A stretch of 64,000 bases of DNA from an uncultured virus (IMG/VR IMGVR_UViG_3300032829_000001). Taxonomy: Duplodnaviria; Heunggongvirae; Uroviricota; Caudoviricetes. Of the stretch, positions 5,931 to 15,217 are shown in pieces. Below the pieces are notes generated by a model that was given only the letters and a program-made list of their open reading frames with translations, did not search any database and was not told where the DNA came from. A program made the position numbers and the translations under genes. The stretch is taken from IMG/VR virus record IMGVR_UViG_3300032829_000001, one strand, 5' to 3'. The stretch's first letter is position 1; every line of letters starts with the position of its first letter.

Positions 5931-6470
5931 ATGTCCGCTGCTGCAACGATCCCGGTTCTGTACCTCGACATCGACTTCCGCCGCCTTCGCGTCTCGACCT
6001 GGCGCAAGGCCATGCGCGACTGGGAGAAGGGCAAGATCGAAGTCGTCGAGTACAGCCGCGACCACACGATCAAGGGCGTGTCGCAGGACTACCCGATGCC
6101 GGCGGTCGTGCGTCTGCTCCGGCGCTTCAAGCGCGACAAGCTGCGCATCAAGTTCTCGCGGCTCAACATCTACGCGCGCGACGGCTTCCGCTGCCAGTAC
6201 GACGGCAAGCGGTACGCGGCCGAGGATCTGACCTTCGATCACGTGGTCCCGCGCGCCCAGGGCGGCAAGACGAACTGGGAGAACATCGTCACGTGCTGCC
6301 GGGCGTGCAACCACGCGAAGGCCGACCGCACGCCGTACGAGGCGGGGATGGCACTCGTGCGGATGCCGAAGAAGCCCCACGACGTCCCGGCCATCACCGT
6401 GAAGATGGATGTCAAGCACATGCCGCCCGAGTGGGCCGGCTACTGGTCGGACACGCTGGAGGACAGTTAG
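5931..6470 (+). CDS. HNH endonuclease (McrA/HNH_5-like)
   Basis: RxNIYARDxFRCQY...LTFDHVVPRAQGG.TNWENIVTCCRACNHAK; AGGAGG RBS before ATG 5931. Confidence 0.9.
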   Translation: MSAAATIPVLYLDIDFRRLRVSTWRKAMRDWEKGKIEVVEYSRDHTIKGVSQDYPMPAVVRLLRRFKRDKLRIKFSRLNIYARDGFRCQYDGKRYAAEDLTFDHVVPRAQGGKTNWENIVTCCRACNHAKADRTPYEAGMALVRMPKKPHDVPAITVKMDVKHMPPEWAGYWSDTLEDS

Positions 6471-6479
6471 GTTCTCCAA

Positions 6480-6552
6480 GGCCCGGAAGCTCAAGTGGAT
6501 GAGCGCCGCACTCCTAACGCGGAGGCTGTGAGTTCGAATCTCACGCGGGCCA
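6480..6552 (+). tRNA. tRNA-Arg(CCT)
   Basis: ccgca-CT CCT AA-cgcgg. Confidence 0.8.
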
Positions 6553-6558
6553 CGAAAC

Positions 6559-6634
6559 GCCCCTGAAGCTCATGAGGCTGAGCGCTCCGTTGGTATCGGA
6601 GAGGCAGCCGGTTCGAATCCGGTCGGGGGCTCCA
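6559..6634 (+). tRNA. tRNA-Thr(GGT)
   Basis: ctccg-TT GGT AT-cggag; CCA. Confidence 0.88.
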
Positions 6635-7007
6635 ACGAAAGCTGTTCGCGCTGTGGAAGCGCAAGGGGCCGTGTGCGCTCCACGAGCAGCAGAGCGATCT
6701 GCATGAGGTCGTGCTTCAGACGCTCGTCGGATGCGATCGCCTTCTTCACTCGGTGCTCCGCCGCGATCATCGAGCTGTGGTCGAACCCGCCGAGCACCGC
6801 CGCGATCTCGGGCCAGCTCAGGGTCGTCGCGTGTCGTAGCACATACACAGAGACAGACCGTGCACGCGTGATCGACCGAATCCGGCGGCGCCCGCGGATC
6901 TTGTCGGGCGAGACGCCGAAGTAGTCTCCCACGACATCGATCACGGCGAACGCGAACGGCTGCGTGGATAGGAAGCGCTCTCGGCAGGTAGCGCGCATGC
7001 GAGTCAC
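6570..7007 (-). CDS. stand-alone DnaA C-terminal (domain IV) DNA-binding protein
   Basis: VVGDYFGVS..IRGRRR.RSITRAR.V.VYVLR..T.LSWPEIA.VLGGFDHSSMI matches Bac_DnaA_C pattern; GTG overlaps upstream stop. Confidence 0.85.
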   Translation of the reverse strand: MTRMRATCRERFLSTQPFAFAVIDVVGDYFGVSPDKIRGRRRIRSITRARSVSVYVLRHATTLSWPEIAAVLGGFDHSSMIAAEHRVKKAIASDERLKHDLMQIALLLVERTRPLALPQREQLSLEPPTGFEPAASPIPTERSAS

Positions 7008-7288
7008 GCTGCACTCGCGACGAGCTTGTGGATGGCCAGCAGCTCGCGAGCCTTCTCGCTGTTCGAGTTGTGGTGGCCGCGAATCCAAGCCACGCCTTCG
7101 TCGTTCACGGCGAGCAGAGCGGGGTTGCTGCGGCTGACGGACATGAAGACCGCGCTGTCACCGTCGTGCGGCCCGATCTGTGGGGTCCACCTCTGTCCGC
7201 TTTCGTAGTCCTCGTCGGAGACGTATGAGCGCACGACGTCGCCGTCTAGGCCAATGTACGTGATCGGATCGCCCGCCACGATGCTCAC
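7004..7288 (-). CDS. hypothetical protein, EGxxWIRG paralogue 3
   Basis: EGVAWIRGHH...ARELLAIHKL. Confidence 0.75.
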   Translation of the reverse strand: MSIVAGDPITYIGLDGDVVRSYVSDEDYESGQRWTPQIGPHDGDSAVFMSVSRSNPALLAVNDEGVAWIRGHHNSNSEKARELLAIHKLVASAA

Positions 7289-7569
7289 GCTGCGCCCCGC
7301 ACCAGCTTGTAGGCCGCGAGCAGGGCTTGTCCCTCCGGGCTGCTCTCGCGGTGGTGACCCCGAATCCAGCGGAGCCCCTCAGTCTCCATCCAGAGCACCG
7401 GCGTGCCGTTTGCACGCAGCCAGAAGCCCATCTCGTTCGGGAGGGGGATCTTGTCGTGACCACCGTCGACGTGACCGGGCCGGAGACCGTATCGGATTTC
7501 CTCCGTACTTGGCGACCCAGACACGACGTCCACGTATGTGATCGGGTCGCCGACGCTCATCGCGCTCAC
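7285..7569 (-). CDS. hypothetical protein, EGxxWIRG paralogue 2
   Basis: EGLRWIRGHH...EGQALLAAYKL. Confidence 0.75.
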   Translation of the reverse strand: MSAMSVGDPITYVDVVSGSPSTEEIRYGLRPGHVDGGHDKIPLPNEMGFWLRANGTPVLWMETEGLRWIRGHHRESSPEGQALLAAYKLVRGAA

Positions 7570-7868
7570 GCGGACCTCGCAAGCATGTGCGCGGCGAGCA
7601 GTGCTTTACCCTCCGCGTCGTCCACGTGCTCGCCACGAATCCAGTCGACGCCCTCGACGAGATTGGCGTTGGCGAACTCCCACAGTGACACGTCCCGGTG
7701 GACCACGTGTAGACGGAGCGGGACGTGAACAAGCTGAAGGTGCTCGTCGTGGTAGTTGTACGCGCGCTCGATGTGGGTGATCCCGCCGCGAATCATTTCG
7801 ATCGGCTCGATCGGTCCCAGCGGGCCCGTCAGCTCGATAGAAGCGCTGGTGTATCGCTTGCCCGTCAC
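7566..7868 (-). CDS. hypothetical protein, EGxxWIRG paralogue 1
   Basis: EGVDWIRGEH...EGKALLAAHML. Confidence 0.75.
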   Translation of the reverse strand: MTGKRYTSASIELTGPLGPIEPIEMIRGGITHIERAYNYHDEHLQLVHVPLRLHVVHRDVSLWEFANANLVEGVDWIRGEHVDDAEGKALLAAHMLARSA

Positions 7869-9112
7869 GGCGTGCCTACCGGCTTCAGTGGGATGACGAG
7901 CCCGCCGCTCGGCGAGCCGCCGTGGTGCTGCTGCACGCGACGATAGAACGTGTCCTTCACGCCGTTAATCTGCGCGATCGTGCCTTCAGCCTTGAGCGTG
8001 TTGATGACCTCATCGAACAGAGGAAGAGATACTTTCGCTCGGGAAAGGATCTCTTTCTGCGTCGCGCCTTGTTGCCCCTTCTTGTCGATGATGTTGAGGA
8101 TCTTCTGGCGGTCCCGCTCCCAGATCCCGAGCGCGAGCGTGTCGCCGAGGTGCTTGATGCTCGGCAGGTACAGGTTCTCGACGAAGATGATCGCGCGGCG
8201 GATGGCGTCGAGCGAGATCGACCAGCCGTCGTAGCAGGCATCGCCCGAGTCGGCGGCGTAGAGCAGTGCGACCTTCACGGCCAGCGTGGGGATGCCCGAC
8301 ACGAACGTCTGCACGCGCTCGGGGAACTCGTTCATCGTCGAGTCGCGGTAGCGTGCCCAGCGCTCGTGCTCGATCCAGGCGTACTGTGAGAAGCCCGCGC
8401 ACTGCCCGATCGGCATGTGGATGATCTGGTGCAGCACGGTCGTGAGGTAGTCGCGGGCCGCGTCCCACTGCTGCGGGAGCCGGAACGTGCCGCGGTCGCC
8501 GTAGAGCATGACCATGCGGCCGAAGAAGCCGCCCTGCCACTCCTCCGTGTCGCTGTAGTTGAAGAGCAGATCCGTCGAGCACGTAGAGATCATCGACATG
8601 CAGATCGGCGGCTCGACGATCGTCTTGCCCTTGCGCAAGTTGCGGATGTAGGGCACGTCGGGCGGATGGTCGTAGAGGTCCATCAAGGCCGTGCGGATCT
8701 GCTCGCCGTACCCGCGCTGCGTGGTCTTCAGGAAGTGGCCGAATTCGCGGTACGTGAGCAGCCCCGAGGGCGTCTGCCGGATCTGCGCGATCATCTCCTC
8801 GTAGCTGCCCGGGATGGGGATGACCGCCTCGGGGTTCGCGCGGCGGAGCAGCTTGATCCCCGTGTCGACGCTCGACGTCTTGCGGCCCGACCGGCTCGTG
8901 CCGACCAGAAGGGTGTAGAGGTTGGGCACGATCGCGCCGCCGGCAAGGTACGGGCAGGCGAGGCGCCGCGCGATCGCTCCGGCGAGTACAGTCAAACCCG
9001 TCCCGACATGGTAGATCTCGGGCGCGTCGCTGGTCTGGGACGCGTACTCAACGTAGCCCCTCAGAAAGGCCGACTGCTGAGGGAGAGCATCGCTGATGTG
9101 CTGGGGCAGCAC
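7865..9112 (-). CDS. DUF3987/YfjI-like P-loop ATPase (putative replicative helicase) with C-terminal winged helix
   Basis: PNLYTLLVGTSRSGRKTSS Walker A-like; LMDLYD and GGFFGR motifs. Confidence 0.75.
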   Translation of the reverse strand: MLPQHISDALPQQSAFLRGYVEYASQTSDAPEIYHVGTGLTVLAGAIARRLACPYLAGGAIVPNLYTLLVGTSRSGRKTSSVDTGIKLLRRANPEAVIPIPGSYEEMIAQIRQTPSGLLTYREFGHFLKTTQRGYGEQIRTALMDLYDHPPDVPYIRNLRKGKTIVEPPICMSMISTCSTDLLFNYSDTEEWQGGFFGRMVMLYGDRGTFRLPQQWDAARDYLTTVLHQIIHMPIGQCAGFSQYAWIEHERWARYRDSTMNEFPERVQTFVSGIPTLAVKVALLYAADSGDACYDGWSISLDAIRRAIIFVENLYLPSIKHLGDTLALGIWERDRQKILNIIDKKGQQGATQKEILSRAKVSLPLFDEVINTLKAEGTIAQINGVKDTFYRRVQQHHGGSPSGGLVIPLKPVGTP

Positions 9113-9221
9113 GGGGGTTCTGGGATATCAGACTTGAGGTTGAGCTGGCAAGTTCTGTCGTTTCACACGATTAAAATTTCCTAGATCAAAAAACTTGACG
9201 GTTGAGGTCGGGCGGAGCTAC

Positions 9222-10982
9222 ATGGACGCCCTGCACTTCGATGAGGACGACATCGAACAGACCGGGAGCCCGCGCGTGACCGCCAGTCACGTGATTCCAT
9301 TCCCGGTTTTGGGTCCGCCGCCCCCTCCGCAGCCGGCGCGGGCGATGCTGCAGCCGAGCCTGCATCCAAGAGGTGGGCGCCCCTATTCGTACGTCGGCAA
9401 GATCGACGACTGGCACGCACCGGGGGCGATCCCGACCAAGCACGGCAACACGCGGTGCGCCGTGGACTGTGCCTGGCTGGTGGAGCGCGTCATGGGGCGG
9501 CCACAGCACGCCCCGTCAATGTGGCCCGGCGTACCCGGCGTGCGCGAGCGCGCGCTCTGGGCCGGGCAGCAGCTCGGGCTCACCGCCGGCCAGGCCGAGG
9601 GCGCGGCGTTCCTGGCCGAGCGCGACTACGCGATCCTGGCCGACCAGCCCGGCGCGGGGAAGACCGCGCAGGCGATCGTGGCCGCTGAGGCGCGCCTCTC
9701 GATGGCCGCGATCCCGGACGTGAACACGCCCGTGTGCCTCATCGTCTGCCCGGCGGTCGTCAAGCACCACTGGCAGGACGAGCTGAAGGAATGGGTCGGC
9801 CACGACTCGGTCGTTCTGGAGACGCTCCGCCCCGATCCTGAAGAGCTGTGCAAGCGGTACGTGATCTGCAACTACGACATCCTGTACAGCGGGCAGAAGC
9901 GCGACGCCGCCGGAGTCGTCTACGACGTCGCACACCTGCCGGGCTGGGGCGCGACGCTCGCGGGTCGGTTCCTCATCGTGATCTTCGACGAGGCCCACAT
10001 GCTGCGCGGCCGGCAGTCGCGCCGCACGAAGGCCGCCAAGCTGATGACCAAGGGCGTCCCTGTCGTGTGGGGCCTGACTGGCACGCCGATGCCAAACTAC
10101 GTGCGGGATCTCTACTCGCTCGTCGACGTCGTGAGCGACGGGCTCTTCGGGTTCGCGTACTGGCCATGGGCCAAGGCGTACGCGGGGGCAGCGCAGGGCG
10201 CGTACGGCTGGTCGGACAACGGCTCGTCGCGGCTCGACGAGCTGCAGGGCCGGCTCTCGTACTTCATGATCGGCCGCCCGGTCGACATGCAGCTCCCCGA
10301 GAAGCGCCGCGAAGTCGTGCGCATCGACGTGGAGGTCAGCGCACCGACCGTGCACGAGGGGCGGCAGGCGCTCGACCGCAAGCAGGCAGTGATGAGCGCG
10401 CTGCGAGCGACGGCGAACGCCAAGCGCCCCGCGGTCGTCAACGGCGCGGTCGAGGCGCTCGAAGCGAAGCAGAAGGTGATCGTCTTCGTGTACATGCGCT
10501 CGCAAGCCGACGCGATCGCCAAGGACATCCGCAAGCGCATCGACTGCACGGTCTTCTGCGTGCACGGGGATCTGAGTCCCGAGGGCCGGCACGCCCAGGC
10601 CGCGCAGTTCCGCGAGGCGAGCGCGCCCGCGTGCTTCGTGGCGACGATCGACTCGATGGGCGTGGGCCTCTCGCTGGTCGGCGCGCACCTGATGATCTTC
10701 GGCGACCTCGTGCCCGAGCCGTGGAAGATGCTGCAGGCCGAGAAGCGCGGGCACCGCTTCGACTCGGTCGTGCGGCTGCTCGTGCGCTACTTCATCGCCA
10801 CCGGGACCGTGGACGAAGGGATCGCCGAGGCGGTCATCGCCAAGATCCCGGTCATCGAGCAGACGCTCGGCTCGCAGGACGACTCGGCGGAGATGGTCAC
10901 CATGCTCGGCGGCAAGAGTGACGAGGAGATCGTCGGGGCGCTGTTCGAGAAGCTCAAGAGCTGGAGCGCGAGCAGTGAGTGA
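9222..10982 (+). CDS. SNF2-family helicase (start uncertain)
   Basis: LADQPGAGKT, DEAH, LTGTPMPN, QAEKRGHR motifs. Confidence 0.9.
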   Translation: MDALHFDEDDIEQTGSPRVTASHVIPFPVLGPPPPPQPARAMLQPSLHPRGGRPYSYVGKIDDWHAPGAIPTKHGNTRCAVDCAWLVERVMGRPQHAPSMWPGVPGVRERALWAGQQLGLTAGQAEGAAFLAERDYAILADQPGAGKTAQAIVAAEARLSMAAIPDVNTPVCLIVCPAVVKHHWQDELKEWVGHDSVVLETLRPDPEELCKRYVICNYDILYSGQKRDAAGVVYDVAHLPGWGATLAGRFLIVIFDEAHMLRGRQSRRTKAAKLMTKGVPVVWGLTGTPMPNYVRDLYSLVDVVSDGLFGFAYWPWAKAYAGAAQGAYGWSDNGSSRLDELQGRLSYFMIGRPVDMQLPEKRREVVRIDVEVSAPTVHEGRQALDRKQAVMSALRATANAKRPAVVNGAVEALEAKQKVIVFVYMRSQADAIAKDIRKRIDCTVFCVHGDLSPEGRHAQAAQFREASAPACFVATIDSMGVGLSLVGAHLMIFGDLVPEPWKMLQAEKRGHRFDSVVRLLVRYFIATGTVDEGIAEAVIAKIPVIEQTLGSQDDSAEMVTMLGGKSDEEIVGALFEKLKSWSASSE

Positions 10983-11424
10983 CACGGTGACGCTGACTCG
11001 CGAGGATGAAGTGATCGTCTTGCGCTATGACGATCGCTTCGGCCTAGGTGTGGGAGGCGCCGTTCATATCCAGATCTACACCCGCGACGGGATGCGCGAA
11101 GGGCTTGTGCACGCGGACGAGCTGACCGCAGTCGTCGAGCTGTTTCAGCATGCTGCCGCGCGTGCCGCCGAGATCAAGCTGCGAAAGAGCGAGCAGATTC
11201 CGCAGGACGCTCAGCCCCTCATCGGCCAAGCCTTCCCTGGTGGTTTCGTCGGCAGCGGGGGCGGAACGGGGCCGACAGGTCCGGTCGGTCCGCCTGGTAG
11301 TGCAGGCCCAGGCAGCCCTCCGTCGCGCGCGCTGATGAAGACGGTACTCGGTGCGGCATTGGGTGGCATGCTCGGGGACTTACTGATCGATGGATCGGCA
11401 CCTGACTCGAAAGGCGGCTCCTGA
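10975..11424 (+). CDS. hypothetical protein with Gly/Pro-rich tail
   Basis: ORF fills gap, overlapping start/stop. Confidence 0.55.
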   Translation: MSDTVTLTREDEVIVLRYDDRFGLGVGGAVHIQIYTRDGMREGLVHADELTAVVELFQHAAARAAEIKLRKSEQIPQDAQPLIGQAFPGGFVGSGGGTGPTGPVGPPGSAGPGSPPSRALMKTVLGAALGGMLGDLLIDGSAPDSKGGS

Positions 11425-12020
11425 TGCCCGGGGCGCGTCGCAAGCGACGTTCTCACGGCGTCGCAGACATGCCTGAATGGGAAGCCTGGAGCATGATGCG
11501 CAGGCGCTGCTACAGCCGAAACCGCAAAGACTATGCGCAGTACGGCGGGCGCGGGATACGCGTGTGTCGACGATGGCGCTACAACTTCAGAGCGTTCCTT
11601 GCCGACATGGGACTGCGTCCGTCCCCGAAGCACTCACTCGATCGCAAGGACGGCAAGAAGGGGTACAACCCAAAAAACTGTCGATGGGCCACGCAACAAG
11701 AACAGGTAGAAAACCGAGCCTGTACAGTGCGAATCACGCACCGTAAACAGACGCGGCTACTGCGCGAATGGGCCCAACACACTGGTATTGGAGCGCAGAC
11801 GCTGCTACATCGTTTGCGTGCTGGGTGGTCCACTTCTCGCCTGCTCAACAAGCCAGCTAGTATTCAAGGCGAACACCATCCAGCGGCGAAATTGACGAAG
11901 CGTGCGGTTTTGGCGATTCGGGCTTCATCTTCTTCCAGCATCGCGCTCGCACGCCGGTACGGTATCACCGCGCGCTCCGTGCGTCGTATACGTGCCGGGG
12001 AAAGGTGGGCACATGCCTGA
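11424..12020 (+). CDS. phage HNH homing endonuclease with C-terminal HTH
   Basis: W..MRRRC...YGGRGIRVC.RW..F.AFLADMG.RPS..HSLDR.D...Y.P.NCRWAT; lower GC. Confidence 0.88.
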   Translation: MPGARRKRRSHGVADMPEWEAWSMMRRRCYSRNRKDYAQYGGRGIRVCRRWRYNFRAFLADMGLRPSPKHSLDRKDGKKGYNPKNCRWATQQEQVENRACTVRITHRKQTRLLREWAQHTGIGAQTLLHRLRAGWSTSRLLNKPASIQGEHHPAAKLTKRAVLAIRASSSSSIALARRYGITARSVRRIRAGERWAHA

Positions 12021-12894
12021 TGCGCATCTCGGGCAGCCCAACACGGGTGTGATTTTTCCTGGCGGTAGCTCCAAACAGGGCCCGCACCGCGTAGGCGCCT
12101 TCATGCTCTGCGCGCAGCTCGAAGGCTTCGGCTACGAGCTGAACCTGCGGCCCGTCATCGAGAAGGACGCGACCAAGATCGGCACGCTCGTGCACGTCGG
12201 CATGGCTTACCGCTACGGGATGTTGCTCGCGGCCCGCCCCGACTGGCTGGTCTATCCCGATGCGCGCTGGGCCATCTGGATCTGCGGGCAGGACCGCCCC
12301 GACCTCGCGCAGGAGGCCCTGCGCATCTACGACGCGTACGTGGCGCACTACGACCGCCTCATCGCCACGGGCGTGGTCGCGCCGTGGCGGCCGCTGCTGG
12401 TCGAGCACCAGTTCGAGGTCGCGTTCACGATGCCCGACGGCAGCGCCGAGCCGTATACGACGCGCATCGACTTGCTGGTCGAGTGCCAAGGGGAGGTGTG
12501 GTTGGTCGATCACAAAGTGGGGGGCAAGACGTCATACCACACAGGCAAGCACTACGCGGCCGATCGGCAAATGCTCACGCAGCTCGCGCTCGCGCGGAAC
12601 GCCGGCTACCCAGTGAATCGGCTCTTCATCAACGCGCTCTCGCGCGAGTACCCTGATCCGCGCTTCGGCCGCTTCGAGGTCCCGATCTCGCACGAGGCGT
12701 ACGGCAAGCTCGGTCAGGACACCGCGTGGGCGCTGCAGCAGATCAACGCCGTGCGGAAGCAGTTCCCCGATCCCATGAACCGGCCGCGCACGCTCGAATC
12801 GTGCGTGCGCAAGTACGGCGCGTGCGACTTCGCAGCGCTCTGCCACGATGGTCCCCACCGGCTCGTCGAGTACGTGAAAAGAGGCCCCGGATGA
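12013..12894 (+). CDS. PD-(D/E)XK nuclease (RecB/Cas4-like exonuclease)
   Basis: GTLVH, VEHQF, RIDLL, VDHK and C-terminal C..YG.CDF..LC motifs. Confidence 0.8.
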   Translation: MPDAHLGQPNTGVIFPGGSSKQGPHRVGAFMLCAQLEGFGYELNLRPVIEKDATKIGTLVHVGMAYRYGMLLAARPDWLVYPDARWAIWICGQDRPDLAQEALRIYDAYVAHYDRLIATGVVAPWRPLLVEHQFEVAFTMPDGSAEPYTTRIDLLVECQGEVWLVDHKVGGKTSYHTGKHYAADRQMLTQLALARNAGYPVNRLFINALSREYPDPRFGRFEVPISHEAYGKLGQDTAWALQQINAVRKQFPDPMNRPRTLESCVRKYGACDFAALCHDGPHRLVEYVKRGPG

Positions 12895-13145
12895 GCAAAC
12901 CAACGCTGACCGAAGAACAGAAGCTCGTTCGCAAGATCGCGAGGATCGTCAATACGGCGAAGTGTCACCCGAGCAAGTCCGTCGAGACTCTGCTCGCCAT
13001 CGCCGCGCGTGCCGCCGTGAACAGCGGCAGCCACTGCTGCGAGGCGTTCCAGGACGCGGCGCACGAGATGTATCACAACGCCGAGGACATCCGTGTGCAG
13101 CACGTCGAGGTCGTGATCGAAGGGGCCGGCGGGCACAAGAACTGA
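12891..13145 (+). CDS. hypothetical protein
   Basis: ATGA overlap, GC3 bias. Confidence 0.6.
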   Translation: MSKPTLTEEQKLVRKIARIVNTAKCHPSKSVETLLAIAARAAVNSGSHCCEAFQDAAHEMYHNAEDIRVQHVEVVIEGAGGHKN

Positions 13146-13155
13146 GGAGACGGAG

Positions 13156-13938
13156 ATGCCGATCGAGATCGTTACAGGCGCGGACGCCCAGGCCAACGTC
13201 GTCGGACAGCCGGCCAACGTCATGCTCTATGGCGGGCCGGGGCTGCTCAAGACGACGGACGCCGTCCAGGCGTTCACGCAGAACGGACGCTGCAACGCCT
13301 TCTTCATCCCGTGCGAGGACGGCGCGCTCAAGGGCGTGGCGGCTCGCGGCTTCCCCGTGCCTGACCATCCCAAGAGCACGGTCAAGTCGTGGGGCGCGAT
13401 GGTCGAGTCGATCGGTTGGCTCTATCAGAACCGCGCGAACTACGTGGCCGCGGTCATCGACGGCTTCTCCGCGTTCTCGTCGTACATCTACCGGGAGGCG
13501 GAGGAGCAGCACCGCGGGAACAAGAACAAGTTCCTCGTGCCGGTGCAGGTGCGCAACTGCCTCTTCCAGTTGCGGGAATGGATTCGCGGGCTCGGCATGC
13601 ACAGCGTGTTCATCGCGCATCCGCTGCCACCCGCGGTGATCGACAACATCTTCTACCAGGGCGGGTTCGCGCTCAGCCCGAAGTCGATCGTGCCCGAATA
13701 CTTCGGCCAGACCGACACCGTGCTCCGCGTCGACACTCTCGTGCTGCCCGGCCGTCCGGCGATGCGCGTCTACTACACGGGTGGCGACGACTGGCCGCAG
13801 GAGCTGGGCACATTTGGGCAGCCCACGGACATGCGCCTGTGGCGGACGAAGAACCGCGAGGGCGTCGGACAGGCCGTGGTGCCTGCTGACCTCGGTGCGT
13901 TTCTGCGTGCCCGCAAGCCGCCGTATTGGGGGGTGTGA
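13156..13938 (+). CDS. AAA_24 / Sak4-like ATPase
   Basis: MLYGGPGLLKTT, VIDGFS, VFIAH, TKNR motifs; sits between nuclease and SSB-like gene. Confidence 0.8.
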   Translation: MPIEIVTGADAQANVVGQPANVMLYGGPGLLKTTDAVQAFTQNGRCNAFFIPCEDGALKGVAARGFPVPDHPKSTVKSWGAMVESIGWLYQNRANYVAAVIDGFSAFSSYIYREAEEQHRGNKNKFLVPVQVRNCLFQLREWIRGLGMHSVFIAHPLPPAVIDNIFYQGGFALSPKSIVPEYFGQTDTVLRVDTLVLPGRPAMRVYYTGGDDWPQELGTFGQPTDMRLWRTKNREGVGQAVVPADLGAFLRARKPPYWGV

Positions 13939-14234
13939 TGTCGATCGACGACGACACCGAGGCCGAGACGTACGAGCGCGTGACAGAGGCGTTGGAGAAC
14001 ACGATCGTAGCCTGCGGCTTCGGCCTCGTGTGCGCCGTGGGCAGGCTGTTCGGCCTCACCAGCGGTGCTCTCTATGAGGTGTTCGAGGGGATGGAGCATG
14101 AGGTCGACGAGCTTGTCGATCTCATGGAGAAGGGAACCGGCCAGCTCAAAAAACCGCCCCTCAAAGTCGTCCCCAGCCCTCCAACCACCGACGGTTCTTC
14201 CGCAACCACCAAACCACCGACAGAGGAGACCTAG
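13938..14234 (+). CDS. hypothetical protein
   Basis: TGATG coupling. Confidence 0.6.
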   Translation: MSIDDDTEAETYERVTEALENTIVACGFGLVCAVGRLFGLTSGALYEVFEGMEHEVDELVDLMEKGTGQLKKPPLKVVPSPPTTDGSSATTKPPTEET

Positions 14235-14237
14235 AAC

Positions 14238-15203
14238 ATGACCACAACTGGATTTGGAATTCCCGGCGCGCCCGGGATGATGCCGGGGGCCGCGCCAGCC
14301 CCGGCGGCGATGGCGCCGCAGGCCGGCTTCATCCTCGACATCCCCCCGGATCCGACCTGGGAGCCGTTCGACACCACCGACGTGCTCGACAAGGACGGCA
14401 TCTACCAGTGCCGTATCTCCAAGGAGTCGGGCCGCAATGACGCCAACAAGTCGCAGGGCGTGTTCCTGACGCTGGAGGTCCAGGACGAGGACGCTCGCGG
14501 CAAGATCCTCTCGCGGTTCCTGCCCGACCCGCGCACGGCGAAGGGGAACGTCTGGTTCCTTTGGCGTGGGCTGCTCCGCTCGATCACGGGGTCGCTCGAC
14601 GGTGCGCGCCAGGGCATGCGCTACCAGCCGGGCATGTTCGTCAACCAGCTCGTCTACGTGAAGACCGAGCGCAGCTACCGCGACGAGCGAATGAGCACCG
14701 ACATCGACTCCTGGGTCACGCAGACCGACTGGGCCAACGCCGTGCAGGCGAACAAGCACCGCTGGCCGGCGCGGCAGGTCCAGCAGCAGGGTGCGGGTGG
14801 CGTCGGCGCGCTCCCCGGCGGTCTGCCGGGCGGGTTCCCGGGCATGCCCGGCGCGGCGCCGCCCGTCGCACCGATGGTCGGCATGGGCCTTCCAGGTGCA
14901 CCAGGCCCCGCGGCTCCGGTCGCTCCGCAGCCTGGCGCGGCGCCGTTCGCCGCTCCGCCAGTCGCCCCCGCGGCCGTAGCTCCCGCCCCGGCGCCGGTGG
15001 CCGCTCCTGCCGCTCCGCCGCCCGTCGCTCCTCCGGCCGCGACCGCGCCGGCTCCGGCGGCTCCGGGACAGCCGTTCTCGTTCGCGCAGTTCCCCGGCAT
15101 GCCGGCTCCGCCGCCCGTGGCCGGCACGAACGGCGCGCCCGCCCCGACGACGGCCGCCGGGATCGCCGGCTCGTTCCCGGGCATGCCGCAGCAGCCGCGC
15201 TAA
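14238..15203 (+). CDS. SSB-like (DUF669-type OB fold) protein with long Pro/Ala-rich tail
   Basis: DGIYQCRI...LTLEV.D...GK pattern; position after Sak4-like ATPase; GAGGAG RBS. Confidence 0.65.
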   Translation: MTTTGFGIPGAPGMMPGAAPAPAAMAPQAGFILDIPPDPTWEPFDTTDVLDKDGIYQCRISKESGRNDANKSQGVFLTLEVQDEDARGKILSRFLPDPRTAKGNVWFLWRGLLRSITGSLDGARQGMRYQPGMFVNQLVYVKTERSYRDERMSTDIDSWVTQTDWANAVQANKHRWPARQVQQQGAGGVGALPGGLPGGFPGMPGAAPPVAPMVGMGLPGAPGPAAPVAPQPGAAPFAAPPVAPAAVAPAPAPVAAPAAPPPVAPPAATAPAPAAPGQPFSFAQFPGMPAPPPVAGTNGAPAPTTAAGIAGSFPGMPQQPR

Positions 15204-15217
15204 TCAGCGCGCTCAAG

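Noticed and set aside
9113..9200. Replication origin in the short AT-rich divergent gap
   Set aside because: No iterons or DnaA boxes seen; better explained as a divergent promoter region (TTGACG at 9195).
12013..12894. Cas4 as evidence of a CRISPR system
   Set aside because: It sits in a nuclease, Sak4-like ATPase, SSB recombination module with no array or other cas genes.
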